Shown here one piece after another: positions 16,582 to 24,385 of a stretch of 33,549 nucleotides of DNA (its first letter is position 1; every line of letters begins with the position of its first letter). The stretch is from contig DATIQI010000244.1 of assembly GCA_035470985.1 (NCBI GenBank), positions 1-33,549 on the forward strand, read 5' to 3'. Source of the DNA: Acidobacteriota bacterium (GTDB lineage: Bacteria > Eisenbacteria > RBG-16-71-46 > SZUA-252). Under the pieces are notes generated by a model that made no database searches, had not been told where the DNA came from, and saw only the letters and a program-made list of their open reading frames with translations. The position numbers were made by a program, and so were the translations under genes.

Positions 16582-19374
16582 TCACCGAATGACGACGAAT
16601 CGGCCGATGTCGCGCCCCAGTTCCGTCTCCACCGAGAAGAGATAGACCCCGCTGACGATCTTCTGGCCGTTTCGCGAGATGAGATTCCAGGGGACCGCGC
16701 CCGCGCCGGTATAGACGGGGTCCTTTCCATACTGGAGATCGGCCGGAGGGCGACCGTCGAACGCCAGCTCGCGGACCAGATCCCCCGCCAGCGTGTAGAT
16801 CCGGATCACGCCCTTCGTTCGAGGCAGATTCTGGAACATCACCTTCGTCCCGGACGGATCGTCCTCGCGCGGAACGAGGTCCCACTCGGCGCGGGCCTTG
16901 TAGGGATTCGGAACCACGAAGACGTGCTCCTGGTCGGAGCGCGCGTCGCCGCGCGGGATGACGACCTGTCCGTTCTGGGCGCTCGGCGTTCCGACGAGGA
17001 TCATCTCGTCGTCGGTGCCGGCGATCGGCACGGCCGAGACGGGGACGATCGAGTAGAAGTAGGGGAACCCGTTCAGGACGTTGCGATCCTCGTAGCTGTA
17101 CCGGCCCACCGCGAAGAGCGTGTCCGTTTCGAAGTAGGAGGAGTCCCGCATGACGGAGCGCGTCTCGTGGTTCCAGGAGACCCGCACGCGCTGCGTGGCG
17201 ACGATCGGGGCCGACGGATCGACGAGCGCCGCGAGGTCGCGTGCCTGCGACCGGCCCGGGCGGAACCGCCACTCGCCCATCAGCTCCCAGAGGTCCCGGG
17301 AGGGCCCGTTCGTGCCGAGCGGCCGTTCCCAACCGGTCGCCTTGTAGATCCGGTAGCCGAGAAACTCCTTCAGATTCCCCCTCTGCGCGTCGCGCACCAA
17401 CTCGGCGAACGTGTTCCACTTCAGCGTGATCTTCCCGTCGCCCGGGAAGAACCAGGCGCTCACGCGGGTGGAGTCGAGGCGGGTCTTGTACCGCTCGAGG
17501 AAGTCGCGGGGTTCGCTGGCGCCGTCGGAGCCGGCGTAAACCGGAGACGGAAGCGGAGCGGACGCGACCCAGTGGACGAGGCGCTCCTTCCCCTCCTGAC
17601 CCGTATCCCCGTCGCAGTCCAAGTCGACGTAGACGCATGCGTGCCCCACCGGGACGTTCACGGTGTCCGCGCTCGCGCAGTGCGTGAAGACGGGATCCTC
17701 GGGATTCAGAGGCGGGTCGACGCAGAGGAACCGGCCGCCTTGCTGGTCCGCGCACGGAATGACCGGGTCCCACGCGGCGAGTCCTTCATAGCGCTCGAAT
17801 CCGGGGCCGCTCGGAATCGCGGACCAGAAGCGGACCCGACAGACGGACGACTCGGGGACCTGATAGACGAAGGTCGTGCTCGAGAGCGACCGGAGGCACG
17901 TCTCCTTGCCGCACTGGCCCGTGTAGGCGTCGCCGTCGAAGTCCGCATAGACGCCGTCGAAGACCTGCTGCGCGACGATGGCGTTCTCGATGAGCGTCCC
18001 GCCGGCGCCGACGCGGTTCCCGATCCCGAGCCCGAGCCCCATCACCCAACCCACGGAGACGGTGAGCGTCGACTCGGGGAGGAGCGCGCGAAACGGCCCC
18101 GTCGCCATGAGGATGCGGTAGTCGGACGGCCGCGACGACCGGATCTCGCCGAGCAGGTCCGGGTGGAGCGTCGGATCGGTCATCAGCTGGTAACGCTGCG
18201 CATCGTTCTGCGGATCGCCTCCCGCGGCGAACGGCGCCTCCCCCGAGAAGAACTTGAACGAGGTGATCCCGACCGTGCGGGGCGCGTTCACCCCGCTGGG
18301 GTCGATCGTGTGGTTCAGGAACATGCAGCCGAAGTACCCGGGCACGTCCCCCCGCTTCTTCTCCGCCGGCTTGTTCGGATCGTCGCGATTGTCGTACGCG
18401 TAGCCCATCTGGAGGCGCCGGCGGACCGTGGCTCCGGTCGGGCCCGAGTACTCGATGTCGCGGTTGATCAGCCCTGCCTGGTCGTCCTCCCAGTAGAAGT
18501 CGATGGCGCGCGAGCCGCAGTCCATGTCCGCGAAGATGCCGACCATCACGTTCCGAAGCGTTCGCCCCGAAATGTTCCGGATGGCGTAGTCCATGCCGAC
18601 GAAATCGTTCTGCCCGGGCGTCGCCCATGCGTACGACGTCTGGCGCACGTGGAGCCCGAGCGGAACGTGCTCGGACTGCTGCTGGCGGATCTGCGGGACG
18701 TCGTCGTAGTACTCGCAGGCCAGCATCTGCTGCCCGACGGCGGCGTAGTCCTCGTCGCAGAGTCCGTCCCGGTCGTCGTCGATCCCGTTCAGGAAGTCCT
18801 CGTCCACGAAGCCGTCGCCGTCATCGTCGGGAAGGACGCTCGCGGAAATGATTCGATTGCCGTCCGGAATCCCCTCGTAGGCCTCCCGGACGTCGGCGAC
18901 CCGGTCCGCCGGCAGACTGACGCAGACGTTGTCCGGGAAGAGGGCCGGCGAGAACTCGCGCTCCCGCCAGTTCGCGGTGGTGACGTGCGGAATCCCGCTC
19001 GGGTCGAGCGCGCCGACCCAGAGCCCGGCGGCGTAGAGAGAGTCGTGCCCCGATCCGGCCGGCCATTCCGCCGAGGGCACCGTCGTGAGGAGCGGATTGT
19101 TCGCGTTTCCGGTCTCGCCGAGGTTCGTGAGCTGGAGCTGGAGCCGTCCCACGTCGTGGACGACCCTCCCGTCGAGCCGGAAGAGCGGATGGTATCCGCG
19201 CGGGTCGGCGACCGGCGGCGCGCTGTCGTAGCCGCAGAGCGCCAGGTGGAGCGCGACGAAGCCCGCGATCGCCGCGCGTGCGCGGAGCGCGCGGAGCCAC
19301 GAGCGTGGTTCCGGATGAAGGGCGTGCGGCGTTCGGTCGGTGCCGGTTCCCCGTGAAGCGACGAGCGATCCCAT
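16582..19374 (-). CDS. Large secreted protein with Asp-rich Ca-binding-type repeats and a T9SS/FlgD-like C-terminal sorting domain
   Basis: The N-terminal signal is RALRARAAIAGFVALHLALCG (lipobox-like). It contains DDDGDGFVDEDFLNGIDDDRDGLCDEDY and DLDCDGDTGQEG (thrombospondin type-3-like). The C-terminus is IRIYTLAGDLVRELAFDG...NGQKIVSGVYLFSVE...RFVVIR. Confidence 0.75.
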   Translation of the reverse strand: MGSLVASRGTGTDRTPHALHPEPRSWLRALRARAAIAGFVALHLALCGYDSAPPVADPRGYHPLFRLDGRVVHDVGRLQLQLTNLGETGNANNPLLTTVPSAEWPAGSGHDSLYAAGLWVGALDPSGIPHVTTANWREREFSPALFPDNVCVSLPADRVADVREAYEGIPDGNRIISASVLPDDDGDGFVDEDFLNGIDDDRDGLCDEDYAAVGQQMLACEYYDDVPQIRQQQSEHVPLGLHVRQTSYAWATPGQNDFVGMDYAIRNISGRTLRNVMVGIFADMDCGSRAIDFYWEDDQAGLINRDIEYSGPTGATVRRRLQMGYAYDNRDDPNKPAEKKRGDVPGYFGCMFLNHTIDPSGVNAPRTVGITSFKFFSGEAPFAAGGDPQNDAQRYQLMTDPTLHPDLLGEIRSSRPSDYRILMATGPFRALLPESTLTVSVGWVMGLGLGIGNRVGAGGTLIENAIVAQQVFDGVYADFDGDAYTGQCGKETCLRSLSSTTFVYQVPESSVCRVRFWSAIPSGPGFERYEGLAAWDPVIPCADQQGGRFLCVDPPLNPEDPVFTHCASADTVNVPVGHACVYVDLDCDGDTGQEGKERLVHWVASAPLPSPVYAGSDGASEPRDFLERYKTRLDSTRVSAWFFPGDGKITLKWNTFAELVRDAQRGNLKEFLGYRIYKATGWERPLGTNGPSRDLWELMGEWRFRPGRSQARDLAALVDPSAPIVATQRVRVSWNHETRSVMRDSSYFETDTLFAVGRYSYEDRNVLNGFPYFYSIVPVSAVPIAGTDDEMILVGTPSAQNGQVVIPRGDARSDQEHVFVVPNPYKARAEWDLVPREDDPSGTKVMFQNLPRTKGVIRIYTLAGDLVRELAFDGRPPADLQYGKDPVYTGAGAVPWNLISRNGQKIVSGVYLFSVETELGRDIGRFVVIR

Positions 19375-19582
19375 CGAGAGTAGCCCTCCCTCGGTGGCGT
19401 GCCGGCCTGACGGTGACGTAGAGGGTCGGAATCGGTGACGCGAGTGCCGGAGCGGGGGACGGGCTCAAGGCGGAGGGGGAACGACGGCGCCTCTCGTTCC
19501 GGAGGTTAGACCCGTCTCCTTCGGGACGCCAAGGAAAATTCTGCGTTCGGCCGGCGCCGGACGGGCCCGCGCCGCCGACGCG

Positions 19583-19861
19583 TTACATCGTCTTCAGCGC
19601 GTAGTACGCCGCGACGATGGCGAGAGCGGCGACGACCAGACCCAGGACGAATTTTCCGGCGGACGTTCCTGCCGCCGCTTCTTCGTGGGCCGAGAGTTCG
19701 GGGTGCGCCGCGAGGTAGCGATCGACGAGGTCCTTCGCGTCCTTCAGATCGAGTCCCTGTTCCTCCCGCACCTGCTTGATCGCGGCGATCTTGTTCCCCT
19801 GGTGGAGATGGGCGATCGCCGTGACGGAGGGCTCCGCCTGCCGGTCTTCCGTGCGTTCCAT
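19583..19861 (-). CDS. Small C-tail-anchored membrane protein with a ribosomal L7/L12 C-terminal-domain-like segment
   Basis: The ATG at 19861 has GGAGGA 7 nt upstream. GNKIAAIKQVREEQGLDLKDAKDLVD closely resembles the L7/L12 CTD ([25 protein letters not shown] in E. coli). The C-terminal TM helix is FVLGLVVAALAIVAAYYAL. Confidence 0.55.
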   Translation of the reverse strand: MERTEDRQAEPSVTAIAHLHQGNKIAAIKQVREEQGLDLKDAKDLVDRYLAAHPELSAHEEAAAGTSAGKFVLGLVVAALAIVAAYYALKTM

Positions 19862-19923
19862 CGCTTCATCCTCCGTGGGTCGGGCGCCGATCGCATCGGC
19901 CATGAGCAGCGGTGGCAAGGGTG

Positions 19924-19996
19924 TGGGCCCTGTTGGACTCGAACCAACGACTCCCTGCTTAAAAGGCAGGTGCTCTACCGCCTGAGCTAAGGGCCC
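19924..19996 (-). tRNA. tRNA-Lys: tRNA-Lys, anticodon UUU
   Basis: Hand-folded cloverleaf: acceptor GGGCCCT/AGGGCCC, D arm GCTC-AGGCGGTA-GAGC, anticodon arm CCTGC-CTTTTAA-GCAGG, variable loop GAGTC, T arm GTTGG-TTCGAGT-CCAAC, discriminator A. CCA is not encoded. Confidence 0.9.
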
Positions 19997-21051
19997 ATCT
20001 GTCGCAGCGCGTGCAGGTTACCACGACTCTCTCGATCCGACGTTAGCCCAACTGATCCGGTGACTGTGCCGGTTTCCGACCAGACGCGCTCCAACTCCCG
20101 GCGCACCGCAGCGTCCGAGAGTCGGGAGTAGCGCTGCGTCGTGACCACCGACGCGTGCCCGAGCAGCTCCTGCACGGCCGGGAGCGTCACTCCGGCCTCG
20201 AGCCACCAGCACGCCGCCGTGTGGCGCAGCATGTGCGGGTGGAACCGCGCGACGCCGGTTTCGCGCCGCACGATCCGCGTGAACGAGCCCTTGGACGACG
20301 CACTGAAGGGAACGAGCCGCCCGATCCGCCCGGCGATCGCGCGGTCGAGGTCCGGCGGGAGCGGAATGCGTCGCACCCGTCCGGTCTTCCCCGCCACGAC
20401 CACCAGTGTTCCCCGCTCCACATCCTTCGCCTGCACGTTCGTCAGCTCCCCCCACCGCAGTCCGGTCGCGAGCCCGAGCCGGAGCGTGAACCGGTAGGGT
20501 TCGGCGACCGTGAGCAACCGCCGCACTTCATCCTCCGTGAGCCGGTCCGGCGGTCGCTCGGGCACGCGCGGCATGAGGCCCCGCGGGAACGGGCTTCGGT
20601 CCAGGTACCCGGCGTCCACGAGCCAATTGAGGAACCTCCGCACCTCCTTCAGGTAGTGGCGCACGGTCTCGGGTTTGAACGGCCGGTGGTCCCTGCCGGC
20701 ACCGATGCCCTCGATCCAGATGCGCAGCTCCCGCAGGTGGTCCGGCCGGATCTCCGTGACCCGGAGATGCCCGAGGAGCGGCTCCGTGAACCGCCGGAAG
20801 CAGCTCTCGGCTTCCCGCCTCCCCCGTTCGGTCTTCCGGGTCCGAACGTCGGTTTCGAGCCAGCGGCGGCCCAGCGTGGCGACCGTCGCGTGCGGAGCGG
20901 GTGACGCGATTCCGGCGCGGAGTCGGTGGAGCAGGGTCACCGCCCTCCCGAACTCGCGGCCCAGCGACTTCCGTCGCTCGCGACCACCCTCGAAGATCCG
21001 TGCGTAGTAGCACGGACCGCGTTTGTACATCCCTCGCGGGAGCTTCGGCAT
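19987..21051 (-). CDS. int: Tyrosine recombinase / phage-type integrase
   Basis: Catalytic signature residues are present: GLRWGEL (Arg), HMLRHTAACW (H-x-x-R), LLGHASVVTTQRYS (His...Tyr). The last three codons and the stop lie inside the tRNA-Lys 5' end. Confidence 0.9.
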   Translation of the reverse strand: MPKLPRGMYKRGPCYYARIFEGGRERRKSLGREFGRAVTLLHRLRAGIASPAPHATVATLGRRWLETDVRTRKTERGRREAESCFRRFTEPLLGHLRVTEIRPDHLRELRIWIEGIGAGRDHRPFKPETVRHYLKEVRRFLNWLVDAGYLDRSPFPRGLMPRVPERPPDRLTEDEVRRLLTVAEPYRFTLRLGLATGLRWGELTNVQAKDVERGTLVVVAGKTGRVRRIPLPPDLDRAIAGRIGRLVPFSASSKGSFTRIVRRETGVARFHPHMLRHTAACWWLEAGVTLPAVQELLGHASVVTTQRYSRLSDAAVRRELERVWSETGTVTGSVGLTSDRESRGNLHALRQMGP

Positions 21052-21054
21052 AGT

Positions 21055-21294
21055 TCAGGCCTCCGTTCGGTGCCGAGCCCACGCAAGTACGTCCGCGGGG
21101 ATGAAGCGTAGGCGGGCGCCGAGGCGGACGCAAGGAAGGTCGTGGTACGTGACGAGCCGGCGCAGGGTCTTCGTCGACAGGCGGAGGAAGCGTGCGGCCT
21201 CCGCGGTGGTCCAGAGGTGATCGGGCAGTCCGGGATCCGACCCCCTCGCGGTGCGAAGCGCGGCATCGAATCCAGAATCCCTAAGGCGTCGCAT
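21055..21294 (-). CDS. Excisionase/AlpA-like (MerR-superfamily) HTH protein
   Basis: The internal ATG at 21294 gives MRRLRDSGF...WTTAEAARFLRLSTKTLRRLVTYHDLPCVRLGARLRFIPADVLAWA, a typical Xis-type HTH. It lies 3 nt upstream of int and overlaps the preceding gene by 14 nt. Confidence 0.55.
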   Translation of the reverse strand: MRRLRDSGFDAALRTARGSDPGLPDHLWTTAEAARFLRLSTKTLRRLVTYHDLPCVRLGARLRFIPADVLAWARHRTEA

Positions 21295-22102
21295 CGACCG
21301 CCTCGTTCTCGCTTGCGGGACTGCGGGTTGTTCCCGCCTCCCTCCCCTTACTGCAAGGGGAGGCCGCGAGGGGAGGCGGCGCCAGCAGCTGTAGGAGCGC
21401 CGACGGCAGATCGTCCATCGAATCGCAGGTCGCGGATCGGCCAGCGAACCCTTGGCCAAGGATCGTTCGGATGCGCACCGCACGCTCCGCGGACCGGGTC
21501 AGGAAGAGTAGATCCAGCTCGCCGCAGCCGAGCGCTTCCCCGAGGGTCCCGTACCGCCGGACCTTGCTTTCCACCTCGGCGAGTCGCTCGGTACCCAGGT
21601 CGACCTCGACCGCGACGACCCGCGTCACCCCCTCCCCACCGAGCACAAGAAGAAGGTCCGGGACGATCCCCCAATCGGAGGACGTGCCTCCCTCCCGGAG
21701 CTCCCAGTCGGGGAGCGCCCGGATCAGCCGCGGACCGGACGGGGCGGTCGCAACGGTGGCCCACGTCCAGACGATCGCCAGATGGTGATCGAGGCCGCCC
21801 CGCGGTACCCTACCCACCGGCGTTCCGCGGTCCTCGAGCGCCCGGCGACCCGCTGGCCCCACCAAGTACCAGCTCTCCTGGTTGGGAGCCCCCGCGCGCA
21901 CCTCCAGCACGTGCGCGTCGTAGAGCTTCCGCAGTCGCGCCGCCGCGGTGTCCCGGCGGACGCCCCGGAAGCAGACGGAGGCCAGGTCGCTGGTCCGAGC
22001 GATCCGAAAGCGGTTGAGGGCGAGCAGTAGCTTCACGTCCCGCTTCCCCATCACGATCCGGCCCGTTCTGCGTCTCCGATCGCGCGCGATCCTCGCCCTC
22101 AT
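21281..22102 (-). CDS. Replication-relaxation (Replic_Relax-like) protein: wHTH plus a PD-(D/E)xK-like core
   Basis: The ATG at 22102 overlaps the upstream stop (ATGA). The N-terminus is KRDVKLLLALNRFRIARTSDLASVCF...RLRKLYDAHVLE (wHTH-like). The core is IVPDLLLVL...VVAVEVDLGTE, matching the family signature as I recall it. This needs HMM confirmation. Confidence 0.5.
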   Translation of the reverse strand: MRARIARDRRRRTGRIVMGKRDVKLLLALNRFRIARTSDLASVCFRGVRRDTAAARLRKLYDAHVLEVRAGAPNQESWYLVGPAGRRALEDRGTPVGRVPRGGLDHHLAIVWTWATVATAPSGPRLIRALPDWELREGGTSSDWGIVPDLLLVLGGEGVTRVVAVEVDLGTERLAEVESKVRRYGTLGEALGCGELDLLFLTRSAERAVRIRTILGQGFAGRSATCDSMDDLPSALLQLLAPPPLAASPCSKGREAGTTRSPASENEAVDATP

Positions 22103-22419
22103 ACGAACGGGCTCCGCACCGGAAGCTGGCAGGTCGGGCAGCTGGTCCACCCCGCTCGCCCCCCGCACACCCGGCAGCGCCCGAACACGTACCCTTCGTG
22201 CACGGCACGGCAGGACGCGCAGAGGAAGACACCGTAGAGCGGAACCGCGTGCCCACGCGGGCATGCGGTCTTCTTGGAAAGCATCGTCGGCAGTCGGGTC
22301 CCGAATCGGGCTGCCTTAGTGAGCGCTCCTACGCCCAGCGCGATCGTGTGGACAACCCACCACGCAATCTGGATCGGGAGTAGGACGAGGCCCACGAGAT
22401 CACTTCCGCCGCGTGCCAT
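22099..22419 (-). CDS. Membrane-anchored Cys-rich (double zinc-ribbon-like) protein
   Basis: It has one N-terminal TM helix (LVGLVLLPIQIAWWVVHTIALGVGAL). This is followed by CPRGH..CASC..CRVCGG..CPTC. Confidence 0.5.
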   Translation of the reverse strand: MARGGSDLVGLVLLPIQIAWWVVHTIALGVGALTKAARFGTRLPTMLSKKTACPRGHAVPLYGVFLCASCRAVHEGYVFGRCRVCGGRAGWTSCPTCQLPVRSPFV

Positions 22420-22424
22420 CGCCG

Positions 22425-24011
22425 CTACCCCAGCCCCAGCTCGTCCGACCCACCGAGCACTGGGGGTCGCGCCAGTATGTTGGATAGCCCCCGCGCCGGC
22501 GGGGTCGCCCCTTCCGATTCGCGCGCGATCGTGGCCCGCACCTCGTCGGCTGGGATCGAGACCGTCCCGGCACGGATCCGATCACGGATCTCCTCCGGGA
22601 CCTTCTCCGCGGCGGCGCGGAGGGCGTCCATGTCCAGGCGGGGCGAGCGGCAGACCTGCGCGCGTGCGCGCTCCTTGGGCCAGAGCAGGAACTCCCGTCG
22701 GCCGAGGGACGTGAGCTGCTCCACGGCGTCCTCGCGCGTTGCACCCTTCCCCGGCTTTCGATCCCGCCGATCCGTGGGCATCGCGTGGGCCATCGCCTTC
22801 GCGTCCTCGAACGCGCACCGGTACGACATCTCGAGCGCCACGTTTGTCCGGAGCAGCTTCAGGAGCACCGGGTCGATGGCCGCGATCTGGGCCGGCTGCT
22901 GGTTGATGAACCAGGCCGAGCACTTCTTCCAGCGAACCTGCGAGAGGAGTCGCGCGAACTGTGCGCGCTCGTCCCGGCCGAGGCCCTCCTGGAACTCCTC
23001 GAATACGAGCAGCGTCTGGGGCGAATCGGGTCCGACGTGTCGAGAGAGCGCGGCACGCGTTAGCCGCGAGAGCAGCACCGACGACCAGAACCGGGCGAGC
23101 CGCTCGGCTCCGGCTGGTGGGTCACCAACGTCGATCACGGTTAGACCAGACTCCAAGCACTGGGCGAACGACAGGCAGGAGGGGGCGCTCAGGGCGAGGC
23201 GGGTCCCCTCGTTCAGGAGGAACAGGTCGAGACGGGAGCGCACCGCGTCGATCGAGGTCCGGTTCTCGTGCGTCAGGAGCTCGCCGACGTACCGCTTCGC
23301 GGCTGGGTCGGTGGATCTCCGGGCATCGCGCTGGAGCAGCGAGGGCGCACCGAGCCAATCGAGCATCCGCGGGAGCGGCAGGTCGAGTTCGATCAGGATC
23401 GAGACCAGCCGGAGCACGATCCGCTCCATCCGGAGGCCGAACTCGTCCTCGACGCCGGCACAGAGCGTGGTCGCGATCGATCGGGCTTGGACATCGCGCG
23501 GCACGCTCTCCGGTTGGGTGATCCGAAGGAGCGGCACCCGAACCGGATCGAATGGTCGGACGACGCGGAGGTTCCTTAGTAGGTGTTCCGGCGAGACGCC
23601 AAGTGCGATGAGCGCAGGAACGACGACGTCCAGGATCAAGGAGGACAACTCGCCCTTCAAGTCGGTGATCACTACCGGCGTTCTGCCGTGGCGGAGCAGC
23701 TGCATCAACACAGCGAGGGCGCCGTAGCTCTTCCCGCTTCCCGAGGCCCCGACCGTCGAGAGCGAACGGGCGAGGAACTCTTCCCGGGGGAGGCCCACCC
23801 AGAACGGCTTCCCGTGGTCGTCGCGGGTGCGACCGAGCACTACGGCGTCCGGCCCGGGCTCCACGCGCATCTGTTGAACGAACGTGCGGAGGTCCTCAAT
23901 CCGAGACGCGTCCTCGGCCTCGACCAACCGGCGGTGCCACGTCCGGGCGAGCTCGGCGGGGCCGCGTCCGAGGCGCTGCCGCTGTAGGTACGCGAGCCAG
24001 TCCCAGCCCAC
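22425..24011 (-). CDS. Soluble P-loop NTPase of the T4CP (TraD/VirD4) / HerA-FtsK type
   Basis: The GTG start shares 1 nt with the upstream TAG. Walker A is VGASGSGKSYGAL, followed by PVVITDLKGE. The Walker-B-like motif is TLLVFEEFQEG, and there is a Gln-rich motif WFINQQPAQI. No TM helix is present. Confidence 0.7.
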   Translation of the reverse strand: MGWDWLAYLQRQRLGRGPAELARTWHRRLVEAEDASRIEDLRTFVQQMRVEPGPDAVVLGRTRDDHGKPFWVGLPREEFLARSLSTVGASGSGKSYGALAVLMQLLRHGRTPVVITDLKGELSSLILDVVVPALIALGVSPEHLLRNLRVVRPFDPVRVPLLRITQPESVPRDVQARSIATTLCAGVEDEFGLRMERIVLRLVSILIELDLPLPRMLDWLGAPSLLQRDARRSTDPAAKRYVGELLTHENRTSIDAVRSRLDLFLLNEGTRLALSAPSCLSFAQCLESGLTVIDVGDPPAGAERLARFWSSVLLSRLTRAALSRHVGPDSPQTLLVFEEFQEGLGRDERAQFARLLSQVRWKKCSAWFINQQPAQIAAIDPVLLKLLRTNVALEMSYRCAFEDAKAMAHAMPTDRRDRKPGKGATREDAVEQLTSLGRREFLLWPKERARAQVCRSPRLDMDALRAAAEKVPEEIRDRIRAGTVSIPADEVRATIARESEGATPPARGLSNILARPPVLGGSDELGLG

Positions 24012-24385
24012 TAGGTATCACCGAACGGCAGCGTGGGGTCCTCGTCCGGGGGCATACGACGAGCGCGCCCGTACGCCGGGACATCCTCGGCCCGGTGCCG
24101 AGCGGTTCGCCGCAGCCGCTCGCGGTCCGCCTGCCGGCGCTTCGCAGCAGCCGGATCACCCACGGACCGAACCAGCCGAGCGCCGAGTCCTACGAGGAAC
24201 ACGACCGCCAGGATCCCCAGGACACCGGATCCAAGCGCGGGCCCCAGGGTGTTTCCGATTCCGTGCAGAACGTCGCCGGTCACCGCCGAAACGATGCCAC
24301 CAACCATCGGGAACAGGACCGCGAGGACGATCAGCAGGAGAACGAGGCGCCACGCGGTCCGCAGGATGCGCTCGACGAAGTTCAC
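24011..24385 (-). CDS. Small polytopic membrane protein (2-3 TM) with a basic C-terminal tail
   Basis: The GTG at 24385 overlaps the upstream stop (GTGA) and has GGAGG 5 nt upstream. The sequence is WRLVLLLIVLAVLFPMVGGIVSAV...GSGVLGILAVVFLVGLGARL. Confidence 0.45.
   Translation of the reverse strand: MNFVERILRTAWRLVLLLIVLAVLFPMVGGIVSAVTGDVLHGIGNTLGPALGSGVLGILAVVFLVGLGARLVRSVGDPAAAKRRQADRERLRRTARHRAEDVPAYGRARRMPPDEDPTLPFGDT

Noticed and set aside
16459-19356. A 965-aa plus-strand ORF antisense to the 930-aa secreted-protein gene. Similar long antisense or alternative-frame ORFs: 397..1119+, 1862..3445-, 3016..4071-, 3968..5644-, 5614..6798-, 6809..7837-, 7075..8439+, 8436..10403+, 11176..12999+, 11453..12631-, 12930..14039+, 13102..13986-, 22477..23727+, 23884..25533+, 25026..26759+
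   Set aside because: These have the R/G/P/A/E-dominated composition typical of open non-coding frames in 70% GC DNA and carry no motifs. Each fully overlaps a gene with clear family signatures on the other strand or frame.
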